Shown here: positions 23,035 to 36,567 of the stretch, in pieces
Position numbering within the stretch: the first letter of the stretch is position 1
How the letters are laid out: each line of letters begins with the position of its first letter
Source: Macrostomum lignano
Lineage: Eukaryota
Assembly (NCBI GenBank): GCA_002269645.1
Contig: NIVC01002552.1
Coordinates: 1-64,000, forward strand
Direction: 5' to 3'
Length of the DNA: 64,000 bases
Program-made: the position numbers and the translations under genes
The notes under the pieces: generated by a model
What the model was told of the DNA's origin: nothing
What the model saw: only the letters and a program-made list of their open reading frames with translations
The model's database searches: none

Positions 23035-26000
23035 TCACGTGATCAGCGGCGTCACCTCTGAGGCGCCGGCAGAGGCGGAGAGGCCGGACTCCGCAGCCTG
23101 CACGGATTCGAACACAGACAGGCCGGCCTGTTCCAGGATTTGGCGCACCTCGGGCTGAGGGGGGGCGTTTAGGGATTGCGTAAGAGATTCAGAGCTCGGA
23201 GAGATGGGTGGGGGATTAGTAACAGGAAATAATAGAAGGTGCGAGATTTCAGTAGAATGATAAGATCTTTAGAAGAGGGTGAGATTTGTAGAAGAGGGGT
23301 GAGATTTGTAGAAGAGGCGTGAGATTTGCAGTAGAGGGGTGAGATTTGTAGTAGAGGGGGTGAGATTTCTAGAAGAGGCGTGAGATTTGCAGTAGAGGGG
23401 TGAGATTTGTAGTAGAGGGGTGAGATTTCTAGAAGAGGCGTGAGATTTGCAGTAGAGGGGTGAGATTTGTAGTAGAGGGGTGAGATTTGTAGAAGAGGCG
23501 TGAGATTTGTAGAAGAGGGATGACACTTATAGCAGAGGGGTGAAATTTGCTGTAAAGGGGTGAGATTTTTAGAAGAGTGGGATTTTCTGAAGAGGAATGA
23601 GATTTGTAGAAGCAGGGTGAGATTTGCTTTAGATTGGTGAGATTTGTAGCAGAGGGGTGAGATTTGTATTATAGGGGTGAGATTTGTCAAAGGGACGTGA
23701 GATTTGTCAGAGAGATCATATAAAACCAGACTGCCAGATTGAACCGGTGGCAGCTGAGACTCACCTGGCGAGCCACCACGAAGAGGCGGGCACTGAGGAG
23801 CCGCAGCCGCTCCCGCACAGTTTTCAAAGCCTCCACGACGGCAAAGTCGATGCCAGTCGCCAGCGACAGGTCGGCACAAACGTGGCGAACTCGGCCCTCA
23901 CTTGGCTGGGCTGCGGCGACGAGGCTGAGCTCAAGGCCGTCCGCAGCTGGGAATCGAACCGCGGACTTCACTGTTACCACGGCCAGGCCGGAGGACTGCG
24001 TCTGAATAGTTGAATTAATAATTCAGTAAATAATAAAAAAATTACATTTAATTTATTTAACATTATACATGCAGTGACATGCACACAGCCAGAGTTGCAC
24101 ATTATACATGCACTGACATGAACACAGCCAGAGTTGCACATTATACATGCACTGACATGCACACAGCCAGAGTTGCACATTATACATGCACTGACATGCA
24201 CACAGCCAGAGTTGCACATTATACATGCACTGACATGCACACAGCCAGAGTTGCACATTATACATGCACTGACATGAACACAGGCAGAGTTGCACATTAT
24301 ACATGCACTGACATGAACACAGGCAGAGTTGCACATTATACATGCACTGACATGAACACAGCCAGAGTTGCTCATTATACATGCACTGACATGAACACAG
24401 GCAGAGTTGCACATTATACATGCACTGACATGAACACAGGCAGAGTTGCACATTATACATGCACTGACATGCACACAGCCAGAGTTGCACATTATACATG
24501 CACTGACATGCACACAGCCAGAGTTGCACATTATACATGCACTGACATGCACACAGCCAGAGTTGCACATTATACATGCACTGACATGCACACAGCCAGA
24601 GTTGCTCATTATACATGCACTGACATGAACACAGCCAGAGTTGCACATTATACATGCACTGACATGAACACAGGCAGAGTTGCACATTATACATGCACTG
24701 ACATGCACACAGCCAGAGTTGCACATTATACATGCACTGACATGCACACAGCCAGAGTTGCACATTATACATGCACTGACATGCACACAGCCAGAGTTGC
24801 ACATTATACATGCACTGACATGCACACAGCCAGAGTTGCTCATTATACATGCACTGACATGCACACAGCCAGAGTTGCACATTATACATGCACTGACATG
24901 AACACAGGCAGAGTTGCACATTATACATGCACTGACATGAACACAGGCAGAGTTGCACATTATACATGCACTGACATGCACACAGCCAGAGTTGCACATT
25001 ATACATGCACTGACATGAACACAGCCAGAGTTGCACATTATACATGCACTGACATGCACACAGCCAGAGTTGCACATTATACATGCACTGACATGCACAC
25101 AGCCAGAGTTGCACATTATACATGCACTGACATGCACACAGCCAGAGTTGCTCATTATACATGCACTGACATGCACACAGCCAGAGTTGCACATTATACA
25201 TGCACTGACATGAACACAGGCAGAGTTGCACATTATACATGCACTGACATGAACACAGCCAGAGTTGCTCATTATACATGCACTGACATGAACACAGCCA
25301 GAGTTGCACATTATACATGCACTGACATGAACACAGCCAGAGTTGCACATTATACATGCACTGACATGCACACAGCCAGAGTTGCACATTATACATGCAC
25401 TGACATGCACACAGCCAGAGTTGCACATTATACATGCACTGACATGCACACAGCCAGAGTTGCTCATTATACATGCACTGACATGCACACAGCCAGAGTT
25501 GCACATTATACATGCACTGACATGAACACAGGCAGAGTTGCACATTATACATGCACTGACATGAACACAGCCAGAGTTGCTCATTATACATGCACTGACA
25601 TGAACACAGCCAGAGTTGCACATTATACATGCACTGACATGAACACAGGCAGAGTTGCACATTATACATGCACTGACATGCACACAGCCAGAGTTGCACA
25701 TTATACATGCACTGACATGCACACAGCCAGAGTTGCTCATTATACATGCACTGACATGAACACAGCCAGAGTTGCACATTATACATGCACTGACATGAAC
25801 ACAGGCAGAGTTGCACATTATACATGCACTCACAGAAGTCTCCAAGCCGGGCCTGGTGTATCTGTACAGAAGAAATGCAAAAGAGAGTCCCATGCCGCAA
25901 AGGATGCCGTACTGCAATACATGGAATTCACAATAAAATTTACTATTGAGGACTAGAAGAAATGAATATTAAAAACAATGATAAAGAAACAAATATTTTA

Positions 26001-29000
26001 CCTGAATGCCAGCTGCTAGAGAGACCAGAAAAGTGACCAGCCATTCGAGCAAGTCAGTTTCTGCGGAATGAAAACCATCATAAAGAAACATAAACTCCGT
26101 GCCCGCGCAAAGGTCAGCAAAGGTCAGCCTCTCAACTCACTGCTGACAAACCAGAGCCGGCGCAGCATTCGAAATTCGGTCATCTGCAGCACGGCCACAA
26201 TGATGACAGCGGCCAGGGCGGCCTGCGGAATGAACTGGAACAGGTCGCCGAGCAGAGCCAGGGCCAGCAGCACCAGCGTGCCTGAAATCACCGTTTTAGC
26301 CCACTGTTTCAATTTAGACAGCAAAATGTGCACTTTTCTACTGACAGTAGCGTCTATGGGCACAAAAAGCGAGAATTTTAAAAAACTCTGCACCAAACGC
26401 AACGATTTACCCGTGAAGATTCCTCCAGCCGGAGTTCGAACCCCGCTCTGGTAGTTGATGGCAGTTCTTGAAAGCAAGAGTGCAGGTTTAGAATCGCCTT
26501 ATTACAGCATTTTACAAGCATCTAACAGCCGAACTGAAATCAAACACCGAATCTAACACACTGAAACTGTATCTAGATTCACACAAAAAGCTAAGAATCC
26601 AAACTATTATATATATTATATTTCTAATTTATACAAACTAGATTTATCCTGCCTGAAAAGCACATATCTAACAACACACATTTCTAACAACCCACACATT
26701 TATCTAACAACCCAACACATTTATCTAACAGCCCACACATTTATCTAACAGCCCACACATTTATCTAACAGCCCACACATTTATCTAACAACCCACACAT
26801 TTATCTAACAACCCACACATTTATCTAACAGCCCACACATATATCTAACAGCCCACACATTCATCCAGCAACCCAAACGTCCATGTCCACAACTACCTGT
26901 AGAGCCAAGCACAAAGACATCCGAAACCCATAACTACAGTAACAACCCTAACAGGTCAGTCATTGAATACCGATATCTAACACTGAAGCCTATATCTACC
27001 ATCCCAAATTCATATCTAACTTCCAAAAGCCAAATCTAATACCGAAAAGCCCATATCTAACACCCAAAGCTCATATCTAACACATACAAATTCAACACAT
27101 CTAACATCCCAAATCAATATCTAACACCCCAAAAGTTCATATCTAACACATACAAATTTAACACATCTAACATCCCAAATCAATATCTAACACCCCAAAG
27201 CTCATATCTAACACATACAAATTTAACACATCTAACATCCTAAATCAATATCTAACACTCCAAGGCTCAGATCTAACACCCGAAGCCATATCTATACCCA
27301 TATAACACTGAAAAACCATATCTAACACCCCAAAGCCCGTATCTAACAGCCCAACCTGGTGAAGCTGCCGGTCACAGGGTAGGAGGACACAAAGCTGCCG
27401 GCAAGGTTGGACAGGCCGATGGCGATGAGCTCCTGGCTGGCATCGATCCTGTAGTTGCCGCTGCGAGCTGTCGCGGATGGCGAGGATTTAGGGGATTTGA
27501 GACCGACTCAGTGACTTAGTAAAAGTCTGTCGAAGCTCACCGAAAACTCGGGCGATAGCGATAGACTCCACCAGGCCGATGAAGGGCACCACAGCGAAGC
27601 CGATGCCAATGTCCTGCGGCGTGGGCGGAGGGAATGGGATAGCAAAATCCCAAACTAAGAATTCAGATCCCCATATGCAATACAATGAACGCGGCCAGAA
27701 TGCTTCCTAAGTTTACTCACTCCAACGATCTGCCAGAAGTCACGCACCACCTGCGTGCCGTTCATCAGCTGAAAGGCGGGCGGGCGGAACGGCGGCAACC
27801 TCGAGTCGACCTTCTGGGTCAGCGTGAGCTTGTCGCCCAGGTCGACTGACTTCAGCGAGAAGGCAACGAGACTGGCGCAGGCTACGATAAGAGCGTTGCG
27901 GCCTGGAAAGAGGCGGAGCGGGTTGGGGTGGCTGTTCTGGCTGGGGTGGCTGTTCTGGCTGGGGTGGCTGCTCTGACTGGGGTGGCTGTTCTGGCTGGGG
28001 TGGCTGTTCTGGCTGGGGTGGCTGTTCTGGCTGGGGTGGCTGCTCTGGCTGTGGTGTCGGGGGTGGCTGTTCTGGCTGGGGTGGCTGCTCTGGCTGTGGT
28101 TTTGGGGGTGGCTGCTCTGGCTGTGGTGTCGGGGGTGGCTGTTCTGGCTGGGGTGGCTGCTATGCCTGTGGTGTCGGGGGTGGCTGCTCTGGCTGTGATT
28201 TTGGGGGTGGCTGCTCTGGCTGTGGTGTCGGGGTGGCTGTTCTGGCTGGGGTGGCTGCTCTGGCTGTGGTGTCGGGGGTGGCTGTTCTGGCTGAGGTGTT
28301 GGGGCGGTTATTTTGGCTGGTGTGTTGGGGTGGCTGTTCTGGCTGTGGCGTTGGGGTGGCTGCTCTGGCTGGGGTGTTGGGGTGGCTGTTCTGACTGGGG
28401 TGTTGGGGTGGCTGTTCTGGCTGGGGTGTTGGGTGGTTAGAGTACCTGAGCAGACAATCGCTAGAAAGGCTCTGGAACTCCTGACACCAAGGTGGACATC
28501 GCCATCCTCCGTTGCGTCGATCCTCGACGCTTTCGAGATGTCCCGCTGGATTTTCTGTATAGGACAAAATGAATAGCTAATTTTGACCTGAGAGCTGCAG
28601 TTGTTTATCATACTATACTACTAATCAGATGAGTAGCATGATACAAACTAATTTAGATTCGCAAGTACATGAGTTTTTATATGCTTGCGGCTGCAGTGAA
28701 AACAAAACGATAGCAGTAAAAACAGTGCCAGACAGACAGGGCAGTGCTGGCCAGATAAGCATAATTGCGGCAGTTAATTTTGGCTCAATATTTATGCTCC
28801 ATGCACAGATTTCCCAAATCTTGTCGTCTGAAAACTGAAATTGCCGAATTTTGTCAGTTTTGTCATTGCACAGTAGAGCTGGAGCCGCAATGCGGGCGCT
28901 GATTGCCATCGATACTCATCCGGCCATGCATGGACTCCTGTTATAATAGTATCTGGACTGGAATCTTACCATTCTAAACAGAACTAGTCCAGCCATTCGT

Positions 29001-32000
29001 GGATCTCTCATATTTAGCAACTGAACCACAAAAACGCAGAACACCTGATTTTTACATTTCATGTACAATCTAGACATGATCCTGACATGGACTTTCAAAC
29101 AGTGAGCATTCGGATTAGAAACTGCACCCTCGGCAGCTTATTACGAGCTAAAACTCTTGCTCAACACAAGGACATTTAAAACATAGCATCTGGATCGAAA
29201 TTTGAAGTGGTGTATTCTTAATTCATGGAGCCCTGGCAGAGAGCATATGGACTGGAATCGGTAGTGATAGAATTTACATTCTTGTAAATCGAATATATCG
29301 TTGTATATCGAATGAGAATTGAATGATCCAAAATAATTCTGAGAGTCATTTTCTTGTCAAAAAACAGCGGTAGTTTGGTCTCGGCTGTTTGGGAATGCCG
29401 GCAGCAGATGGCAGCCCATGACAGATGTAGACAGCACAGGCCAACTGGGCTCTGTCCGTGTCCCTGAGCATGGGCAGAGCGGCAGAGCGCGGAAGAGGCG
29501 GGCAAAGAGGCAAATCCAATTTGGACCAATTTTTACATTCCCGTCCGGCGCCGCGCCCAGAATCCAGATGAGGCCCAGCAGTCTCTCTCCCCCACGTCAG
29601 CATAAAAGTCCCAATCGGATCTGGATCGCTGCCTGCAGTCCTTGGCCTGTTGGCTGATCTTCTTTCAGAATGCCAACGAAAGAAGAAAGAAGTCTGGATT
29701 CGTGCTCATTCCTGCCGCTGCCAAATCTAGCTGGGATCCCATCTCTGATCCCAAATCTAGCTGGGGTCCCATCTCTCCTAAATCTAGCTGGGGTCCCATC
29801 TCTCCTAAATCTAGCTGGGGTCCCATCTCTCCTAAATCTAGCTGGGGTCCCATCTCTCCTAAATCTAGCTGGGGTCCAATCTCTGATCCCAAATCTAGCT
29901 GGGGTCCCATCTCTCCTAAATCTAGCTGGGGTCCCATCTCTCCTAAATCTAGCTGGGGTCCCATCTCTGATCCCAAATCTAGCTGGGGTTCCATCTCTCC
30001 TAAATCTAGCTGGGATCCCATCTCTGAACCCAAATATAGCTTGGGTCCCATCTCTGATCTCAAATCTAGCTGGAGTCCCATCTCTGAACCCAAATCTAGC
30101 TGGGGTCCCATCTCTGATCCCAAATCTATCTGGGGTCCCATCTCTGATCCCAAATCTAGCTGGGGTCCCATCTCTGATCCCAAATCTAGCTGGGGTCCCA
30201 TCTCTGATCTCAAATCTAGCTGGAGTCCCATCTCTGAACCCAAATCTAGCTGGGGTCCCATCTCTGATCTCAAATCTAGCTGGAGTCCCATCTCTGATCC
30301 CAAATCGAGCTTGGGTCCCATCTCTGATCCCAAATCTATCTGGGGTCCCATCTCTGATCCCAAATCTAGCTGGGGTCCCATCTCTGATCCCAAATCTAGC
30401 TGGGGTCCCATCTCTGATCCCAAATCTATCTGGGGTCCCATCTCTGATCCCAAATCGAGCTGGGTCCCATCTCTGATCTCAAATCTAGCTGGGGTCCCAT
30501 CTCTGATCCCAAATCTATCTGGGGTCCCATCTCTGATCCCAAATTGAGCTGGGTCCCATCTCTGATCTCAAATCTAGCTGGGGTCCCATCTCTGATCCCA
30601 AATCGAGCCAAAGCGATGTTTACAATCATAGCCAGTATCATGTGATATTTAATCAAACAGCTGGGCAGTGGCTCACCATCAGCACCAGCAGCAGGGCCAT
30701 GCAGCTGAGGCCGAGAGTCAGATCCCACACTCTGAAATGGGGGGAGGCGTGGTCGAGCAATTACGAGTAATTCGCATCCAGCCAGGCCCACAGGCCCCCA
30801 ATCCGCGGCCACCCGCGCGCGAACTCACTTGGTGCGCCCAATGTCCCTGCAGATTTCGTACACAGACAGCGGCAGCCAGTTGGAAATGCCTCTCAGGCCC
30901 AGCAGCGACTGCGGGCGGTTGGGAGCGGAGTGGCCAGCAACTGAGGATCTGGGAGGCTGGCCCAGCAACTGAGGATCTGGGAGGCTGGCCCAGCAACTGG
31001 GGATATGGGAGGCTGGCCCAGCAACTGGGGATATGGGAGGCTGGCTCAGCAACTGAGGATCTGGGAGGCTGGCTCAGCAACTGAGGATCTGGGAGGCTGG
31101 CTCAGCAACTGAGGATCTGGGAGGCTGGCTCAGCAACTGAGGATCTGGGAGGCTGGCCCAGCAACTGGAATTCTGGGAGGCTGGCTCAGCAACTGAGGAT
31201 CTGGGAGGCGGTGGTCCAGCAACTGAGGATCTGGGAGGCGGTGGTCCAGCAACTGAGGATCTGGGAGGCGGTGGTCCAGCAACTGAGGATCTGGGAGGCG
31301 GTGGTCCAGCAACTGAGGATCTGGGAGGCTGGCCTGGCAACTGAGGATCTGGGAGGCGGGCAGTGCTCACCTTGACCTGGCTCCAGGCGATGGTGACAGC
31401 AGCGGAGGTGGTGAAGCCGCTGACCACAGGCAGGGAGATGAAGTTGACGATGACGCCCAGCCTCATGGCGCCTAGCAGGAACTGCACGATTCCGCAGGCG
31501 AAGCACATCAGCACGGCGTAGACGGCTGACTTCGACGTGACTCCCGGAGCCGCGTTGTAGGAGGCGGTGAGCAGCGACATGATGGCGGTGGGGCCCAGGC
31601 TGGCGTCCTTGGAGGTGCCGAGCAGGCAGTAGACGAAGGGGCCCATGAAGGCGGAGTACAGGCCGTACTGAACCGGCAGCTCTGCGACGTGCGCGTAGGC
31701 GAGGCCCTGCGGGATCACCATCAGGCCGACGGTCAGGCCCGCCACCGCGTCCTGGCGGAGCTTCTGCAGGCTTTAAGGAAGTGGAGGTGATGGTTCAGGC
31801 GATGGTTCAGGTGATGGTGCAGGTGAGGGTTCAGGTGAGGGCTCAGGTGAGGGCTTAGGTGATGGTTCAGGTGAGGGTTCAGGTGATGGTTCAGGTGAGG
31901 GCTCAGGTGATGGTTCAGATGATGTTTCAGGTGAGGGCTCAGGTGAGGGCTCCGGTGAGGGCTCAGGTGAGGGCTCCGGTGATGGCTCAGGTGAGGGCTC

Positions 32001-34839
32001 AGGTGAGGGCTCAGGTGAGGGCTCAGGTGAGGGCTCCGGTGATGGCTCAGGTGAGGGATCAAGAGAGGTATCGGGTGATGGTTTAGGTGAGGGCTCAGGT
32101 GAGGGCTCAGGTGAGGGCTCAGGTGAGGGCTCAGGTGAGGGCTCCGGTGATGGCTCAGGTGAGGGATCAAGAGAGGTATCGGGTGATGGTTTAGGTGAGG
32201 GTTCAGGTGAGTGTTCAGGTGATGGTTCAGGTGATGGTGCAGGTGATGGTTCAGGTGATGGTGCAGGTGATGGTTCAGGTGAGGGCTCAGGTGAGGGCTC
32301 AGGTGGGGGTTCAGGTGATGGTTCAGGTAAGGGGTCAGGTGAGGGTTCAGGTAATGGTTCAGGTGAGGGTTCAGGTGATGGTTCAGGTGAGGGTTCAGGT
32401 GACAATTCAGAAGCCAAAGTAGCGACACTGACGGCGCGGTCTATGCTCGGAGAATTAATAAGGTTATGGAGCAATGCGAACACCAGAGAACCAGACAAAC
32501 CGCAAGCTTCTTGTCCCAAATTCGATGCATAATTCATAGCGCTGCAATGCTGCCGGTCTCTGCCAATGCCTTTAAACTCATCATAAATGCAATACAATGA
32601 GGATTGTCCAGAGGAGAGAAATGATGCGGTGGGCGCCTCTTCCGACTGCATGTTGGGTCATTTTGATCATTAAAAGTAGGAATACCAAGCCATTTTTCCG
32701 CCCGTCGAACTACCAAGAGGGGGGGGGGGAAATTTCCCCCCCCCCCCCCGACAATTTTTTTGCTGCGCCGGAACGGAGCAGCGCAGGCACACGAAATTCA
32801 AGAACACGGGCCAATTTTTTGTTGCGCACCTTCTTAAACAAGAATCAAGTCGCCAGCTCTCCGGACCGTCGAGATATTCGACGATTCTGCCAGAAGGTCG
32901 GATTTTTCCCATAAGGGCTAGTGTATTGAGTACACCCCTGTGCGCCAATCAGCCCTGCACCTCAGTGCAACCTTGCCAAGTCTCCAAATTTTAAAAGCAC
33001 GTCGACCACATGTGTCTGCATCAGCTCGTTGGTCACTAGCCTTCACCCAGGCGGAGCTTCTGGACATTCAACAGGTGGCACCAGGTGACAATGGACAGCT
33101 TGATGCGGATTTCTCTATTTTCGTTTGCCCACTGTCGAGGCTTGACCAGCAAAACTACAGAAATTTGCAACAGGATCTCCATAGTCACCTGGTGTCATCT
33201 GTTGAAGAAGCCGACTGCGTTGGGATGATGACGCAGACAGATTTAGGACACTGCAGACACATTTGAGACACTGCAGACACATTTGAGACATTGCAGACAC
33301 ATTTGAGACATTGCAGACAGATTTAAGACACTGCAGACACATTTGAGACATTGCAGACAGATTTAAGACACTGCAGATACATTTAAGACACTGCAGACAC
33401 ATTTGAGACATTGCAGACAGATTTAGGACACTGCAGACACATTTGAGACACTGCAGACACATTTGAGACATTGCAGACATATTTAAGACACTGCAGACAG
33501 ATTTGAGACACTGCAGACACATTTGAGACATTGCAGACACATTTGAGACACTGCAGACACATTTGAGACATTGCAGACAGATTTAGGACACTGCAGACAC
33601 ATTTGAGACACTGCAGACACATTTGAGACATTGCAGACACATTTGAGACATTGCAGACAGATTTAAGACACTGCAGACACATTTGAGACATTGCAGACAG
33701 ATTTAAGACACTGCAGACACATTTGAGACATTGCAGACACATTTGAGACACTGCAGACACATTTGAGACACTGCAGACAGATTTAAGACATTGCAGACAC
33801 ATTTAAGACATTGCAGACACATTTGAGACATTGCAGACAGATTTAAGACACTGCAGACACATTTGAGACATTGCAGACACATTTAAGACATTGCAGACAC
33901 ATTTGAGACATTGCAGACACATTTGAGACACTGCAGACAGATTTAAGACACTGCAGACACATTTGAGACACTGCAGACAGATTTAAGACACTGCAGACAC
34001 ATTTGAGACATTGCAGACACATTTAAGACATTGCAGACACATTTGAGACATTGCAGACAGATTTGAGACACTGCAGACACATTTGAGACACTGCAGATAC
34101 ATTTGAGACACTGCAGACACATTTGAGACATTGCAGACAGATTTAGGACACTGCAGACACATTTGAGACACTGCAGACACATTTGAGACATTGCAGACAC
34201 ATTTGAGACATTGCAGACAGATTTAAGACACTGCAGACACATTTGAGACATTGCAGACAGATTTAAGACACTGCAGACACATTTGAGACACTGCAGACAC
34301 ATTTGAGACATTGCAGACAGATTTAAGACACTGCAGACACATTTGAGACACTGCAGACACATTTAAGACATTGCAGACACATTTGAGACACTGCAGACAC
34401 ATTTGAGACACTGCAGACACATTTGAGACATTGCAGACAGATTTAAGACACTGCAGACACATTTGAGACACTGCAGACACATTTAAGACATTGCAGACAC
34501 ATTTGAGACACTGCAGACACATTTGAGACACTGCAGACACATTTGAGACATTGCAGACACATTTGAGACACTGCAGACAGATCTAAGACACTGCAGACAC
34601 ATTTGAGACACTGCAGACACATTTAAGACACTGCAGACACATTTGAGACACTGCAGACAGATTTAAGACACTGCAGACACATTTAAGACACCGCAGACAC
34701 ATTTAAGACACTGCAGACACACCTGGGACACCGCAAATCAAATGTTTACTCACTCATATTTTGGCAGCCAGCCAGCAATCGGGAGCAGAGCTGTGAGCAG
34801 ACTGCAGCAACGATCAGATGACAAAGGCAGCTCAGCCAT
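23035..34839 (-). CDS. SLC26A11: SLC26A11-like sodium-independent sulfate/anion transporter
   Basis: 14 exons, all GT/AG in phase: 34839-34754, 31770-31371, 30908-30829, 30731-30677, 28554-28446, 27902-27721, 27613-27541, 27467-27356, 26466-26411, 26281-26141, 26060-26002, 25911-25834, 24001-23765, 23154-23035. Motifs [27 protein letters not shown]...[30 protein letters not shown]...[25 protein letters not shown]-terminal STAS domain (GIDFAVV). Confidence 0.95.
23215..23712. repeat. 20-bp minisatellite GTGAGATTTGTAGAAGAGGG
   Basis: Tandem units in the last SLC26A11 intron. Confidence 0.92.
24062..25833. repeat. 39-bp minisatellite GTTGCACATTATACATGCACTGACATG(C/A)ACACAG(C/G)CAGA
   Basis: About 45 near-identical units; source of the 600+ aa repetitive ORFs. 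Confidence 0.98.
26665..27350. repeat. Degenerate ATCTAACA-core minisatellites (20 bp and ~22 bp)
   Basis: ATCTAACAGCCCACACATTT units, then ATCTAACACCCCAAAG variants. Confidence 0.85.
27922..28438. repeat. 18/27-bp minisatellite GGGGTGGCTG(T/C)TCTGGCT
   Basis: Fills the SLC26A11 intron from ~8 nt after the donor to ~20 nt before the acceptor. Confidence 0.93.
29720..30608. repeat. 27/30-bp minisatellite AAATCTAGCTGGGGTCCCATCTCT(GATC)C
   Basis: About 30 units. Confidence 0.95.
30932..31358. repeat. 28-30-bp minisatellite CAGCAACTGAGGATCTGGGAGGC(TGGCC/GGTGGTC)
   Basis: Same family as the 43385-44690 array. Confidence 0.93.
31788..32405. repeat. 12-bp minisatellite CAGGTGA(G/T)GG(C/T)T
   Basis: About 50 units; source of the PSPE/HLN ORFs. 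Confidence 0.93.
33234..34730. repeat. 20-bp minisatellite GACA(C/T)TGCAGACA(C/G)ATTT(G/A)A
   Basis: About 75 units in SLC26A11 intron 1. Confidence 0.97.
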
Positions 34840-36039
34840 GCTGTTGGTTCGTTGCTGCCTCTAGGAGCAGCCGCTTTGCAATGCAGACATTCTGACAACT
34901 GTTCAGTGCAGCAGCTGCAACGGGGGTGCGCATGCAGTTTTATAAAATTGTGCAGAAGTTGGCACTGGAAAATCAGATAAAGTTTTGCTCGTATTCTTAG
35001 TGCAAACTGCAATAAGCCAGTCAGTATGCAGAACAAAGTGAAAGTGTGGCTAAACTCTGTTACTCTGGCATTTAAGCCTAAATAGCTGATAAAGCAAACG
35101 CGCAGACTGATTGCAAATGAGCTTTGAGTTTAAAAATCTCTTTTTTGGAGCCCCCGCCCCCGGTCAGCCAAGAGAAAACCGAGTTTAATATCGGGAAAAC
35201 GACTTAAACTTGGTTGAATTTCGAAAGGTGGAAAGTGAATCAATCTGCAATTGCCACAACCGGCCAGAGGGGGCCGTAGTATCTGCGCTTGTGTGCCTGC
35301 TCGCCGGTTGTGACAATGTCGCTTAAAGTGCGCCAGGGTTCGCACAGCCCCCTGCCTCTGACTAACTGATGGCAGAGCCACTCAGACTCGCCGTGCAGTA
35401 CAGGCTGTGCACTTGATCCCCGCCCAGTCAGCTGCACGAGCAGTTGGGAACTGGATCTATCCCTCCACACACCGGCAGCACTCAAGTATCCTCATAACCC
35501 CCGCCGGGAGCTCAGAGAGCAGCTGCGGGGCAAGCAGCCGGCCACAAACCCCCACAACTTCCAATATGATCCCCGTAATTAGAAACTCATTAGCCTCACA
35601 CAGCTTTATGGATAATTGGCAGCCCCGGGAGGTCCTGCCCCCCCCCCCGCATGCAGGCCCAAACAGAGCGAAATGAAAGATAAAGGCCAGTCACATGTAA
35701 AAACGCGGCGCAATGTTCTGTGCGTCTGTTTAAATATTATTATTGATAACTGCGGGGGAGAAATACGCACAAAATATAGAATGAGAGAAACAACATCTGC
35801 ATATCTATAGACTGCTCTATAGACCAATGATATTGAAACTGTGTTGTGCTGCTAATGGAATTGTTAGCGTAGCATCACAGTAAATATCCGTAGAAAAATC
35901 CTATACACTAATCTAAACTTCTCTAGAGATCGTCTGAAAACAAAATATATTAATAACGCATAAATTATCTGTCCTGACACCTGTTTCGATGGTCTGTTTC
36001 GATACGTTTTCTTGTCTAAAGTCTTCAAGACACTAACAG

Positions 36040-36520
36040 TCTCTAGACATGTCTCTTTAGATACGATCGTTTAGATGACTTTTAGATAGACACGATTGAC
36101 CCGCGTTCCTAGACTCTAGACATGTCTCTAGACACGAATGACCCGCATACTTAGCCTCTAGACATGTCTCTAGACACGAATGGCCCGCATTCTACATGTA
36201 GGCTTCTAGACATGTCTCTAGACACGAATGGCCCGCATTCTAGGCTTCTAGACATGTCTCTAGACACGAATGGCCCGCATTCTAGGCTTCTAGACATGTC
36301 TCTAGACACGAATGGCCCGCATTCTAGGCTTCTAGACATGTCTCTAGACACGATTGACCCGCATTCTTAGTCTCGAGACATGTCAATACACACGATTGAC
36401 TCGCATTCCTAGTCTCTAGACATGTCCATAGACACGAATGACCCGCATACTTAGCCTCTAGACATGTCTCTAGACACAATTGACCCACATTCTTAGCCTC
36501 CAGACATGTCTCTAGAGTCT
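36040..36520. repeat. 42-bp minisatellite with palindromic core TCTAGACATGTCTCTAGA
   Basis: About 11 units between the DEG/ENaC stop and the SLC26A11 start. Confidence 0.92.
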
Positions 36521-36567
36521 GGACTGTCTGTAGCCAAGATCTGCACTGCCAGTCTCCAGACGCGTCA

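Noticed and set aside
23974-25956. 600+ aa Cys/His-rich ORFs on both strands (metallothionein- or keratin-like look)
   Set aside because: A 39-bp (13-codon) tandem array inside a GT-AG intron of SLC26A11; the flanking exons join in frame without it.
31733-32651. Pro/Ser/Glu (PSPE) extensin-like ORF
   Set aside because: A 12-bp intronic array in SLC26A11 intron 1.
33000-33180. Minus-strand [17 protein letters not shown] resembling an alternative SLC26 5' exon (13-nt match CAGAAGCTCCGCC)
   Set aside because: A better first exon (34839-34754, [10 protein letters not shown]) joins in phase; this segment runs into a stop with no suitable donor.
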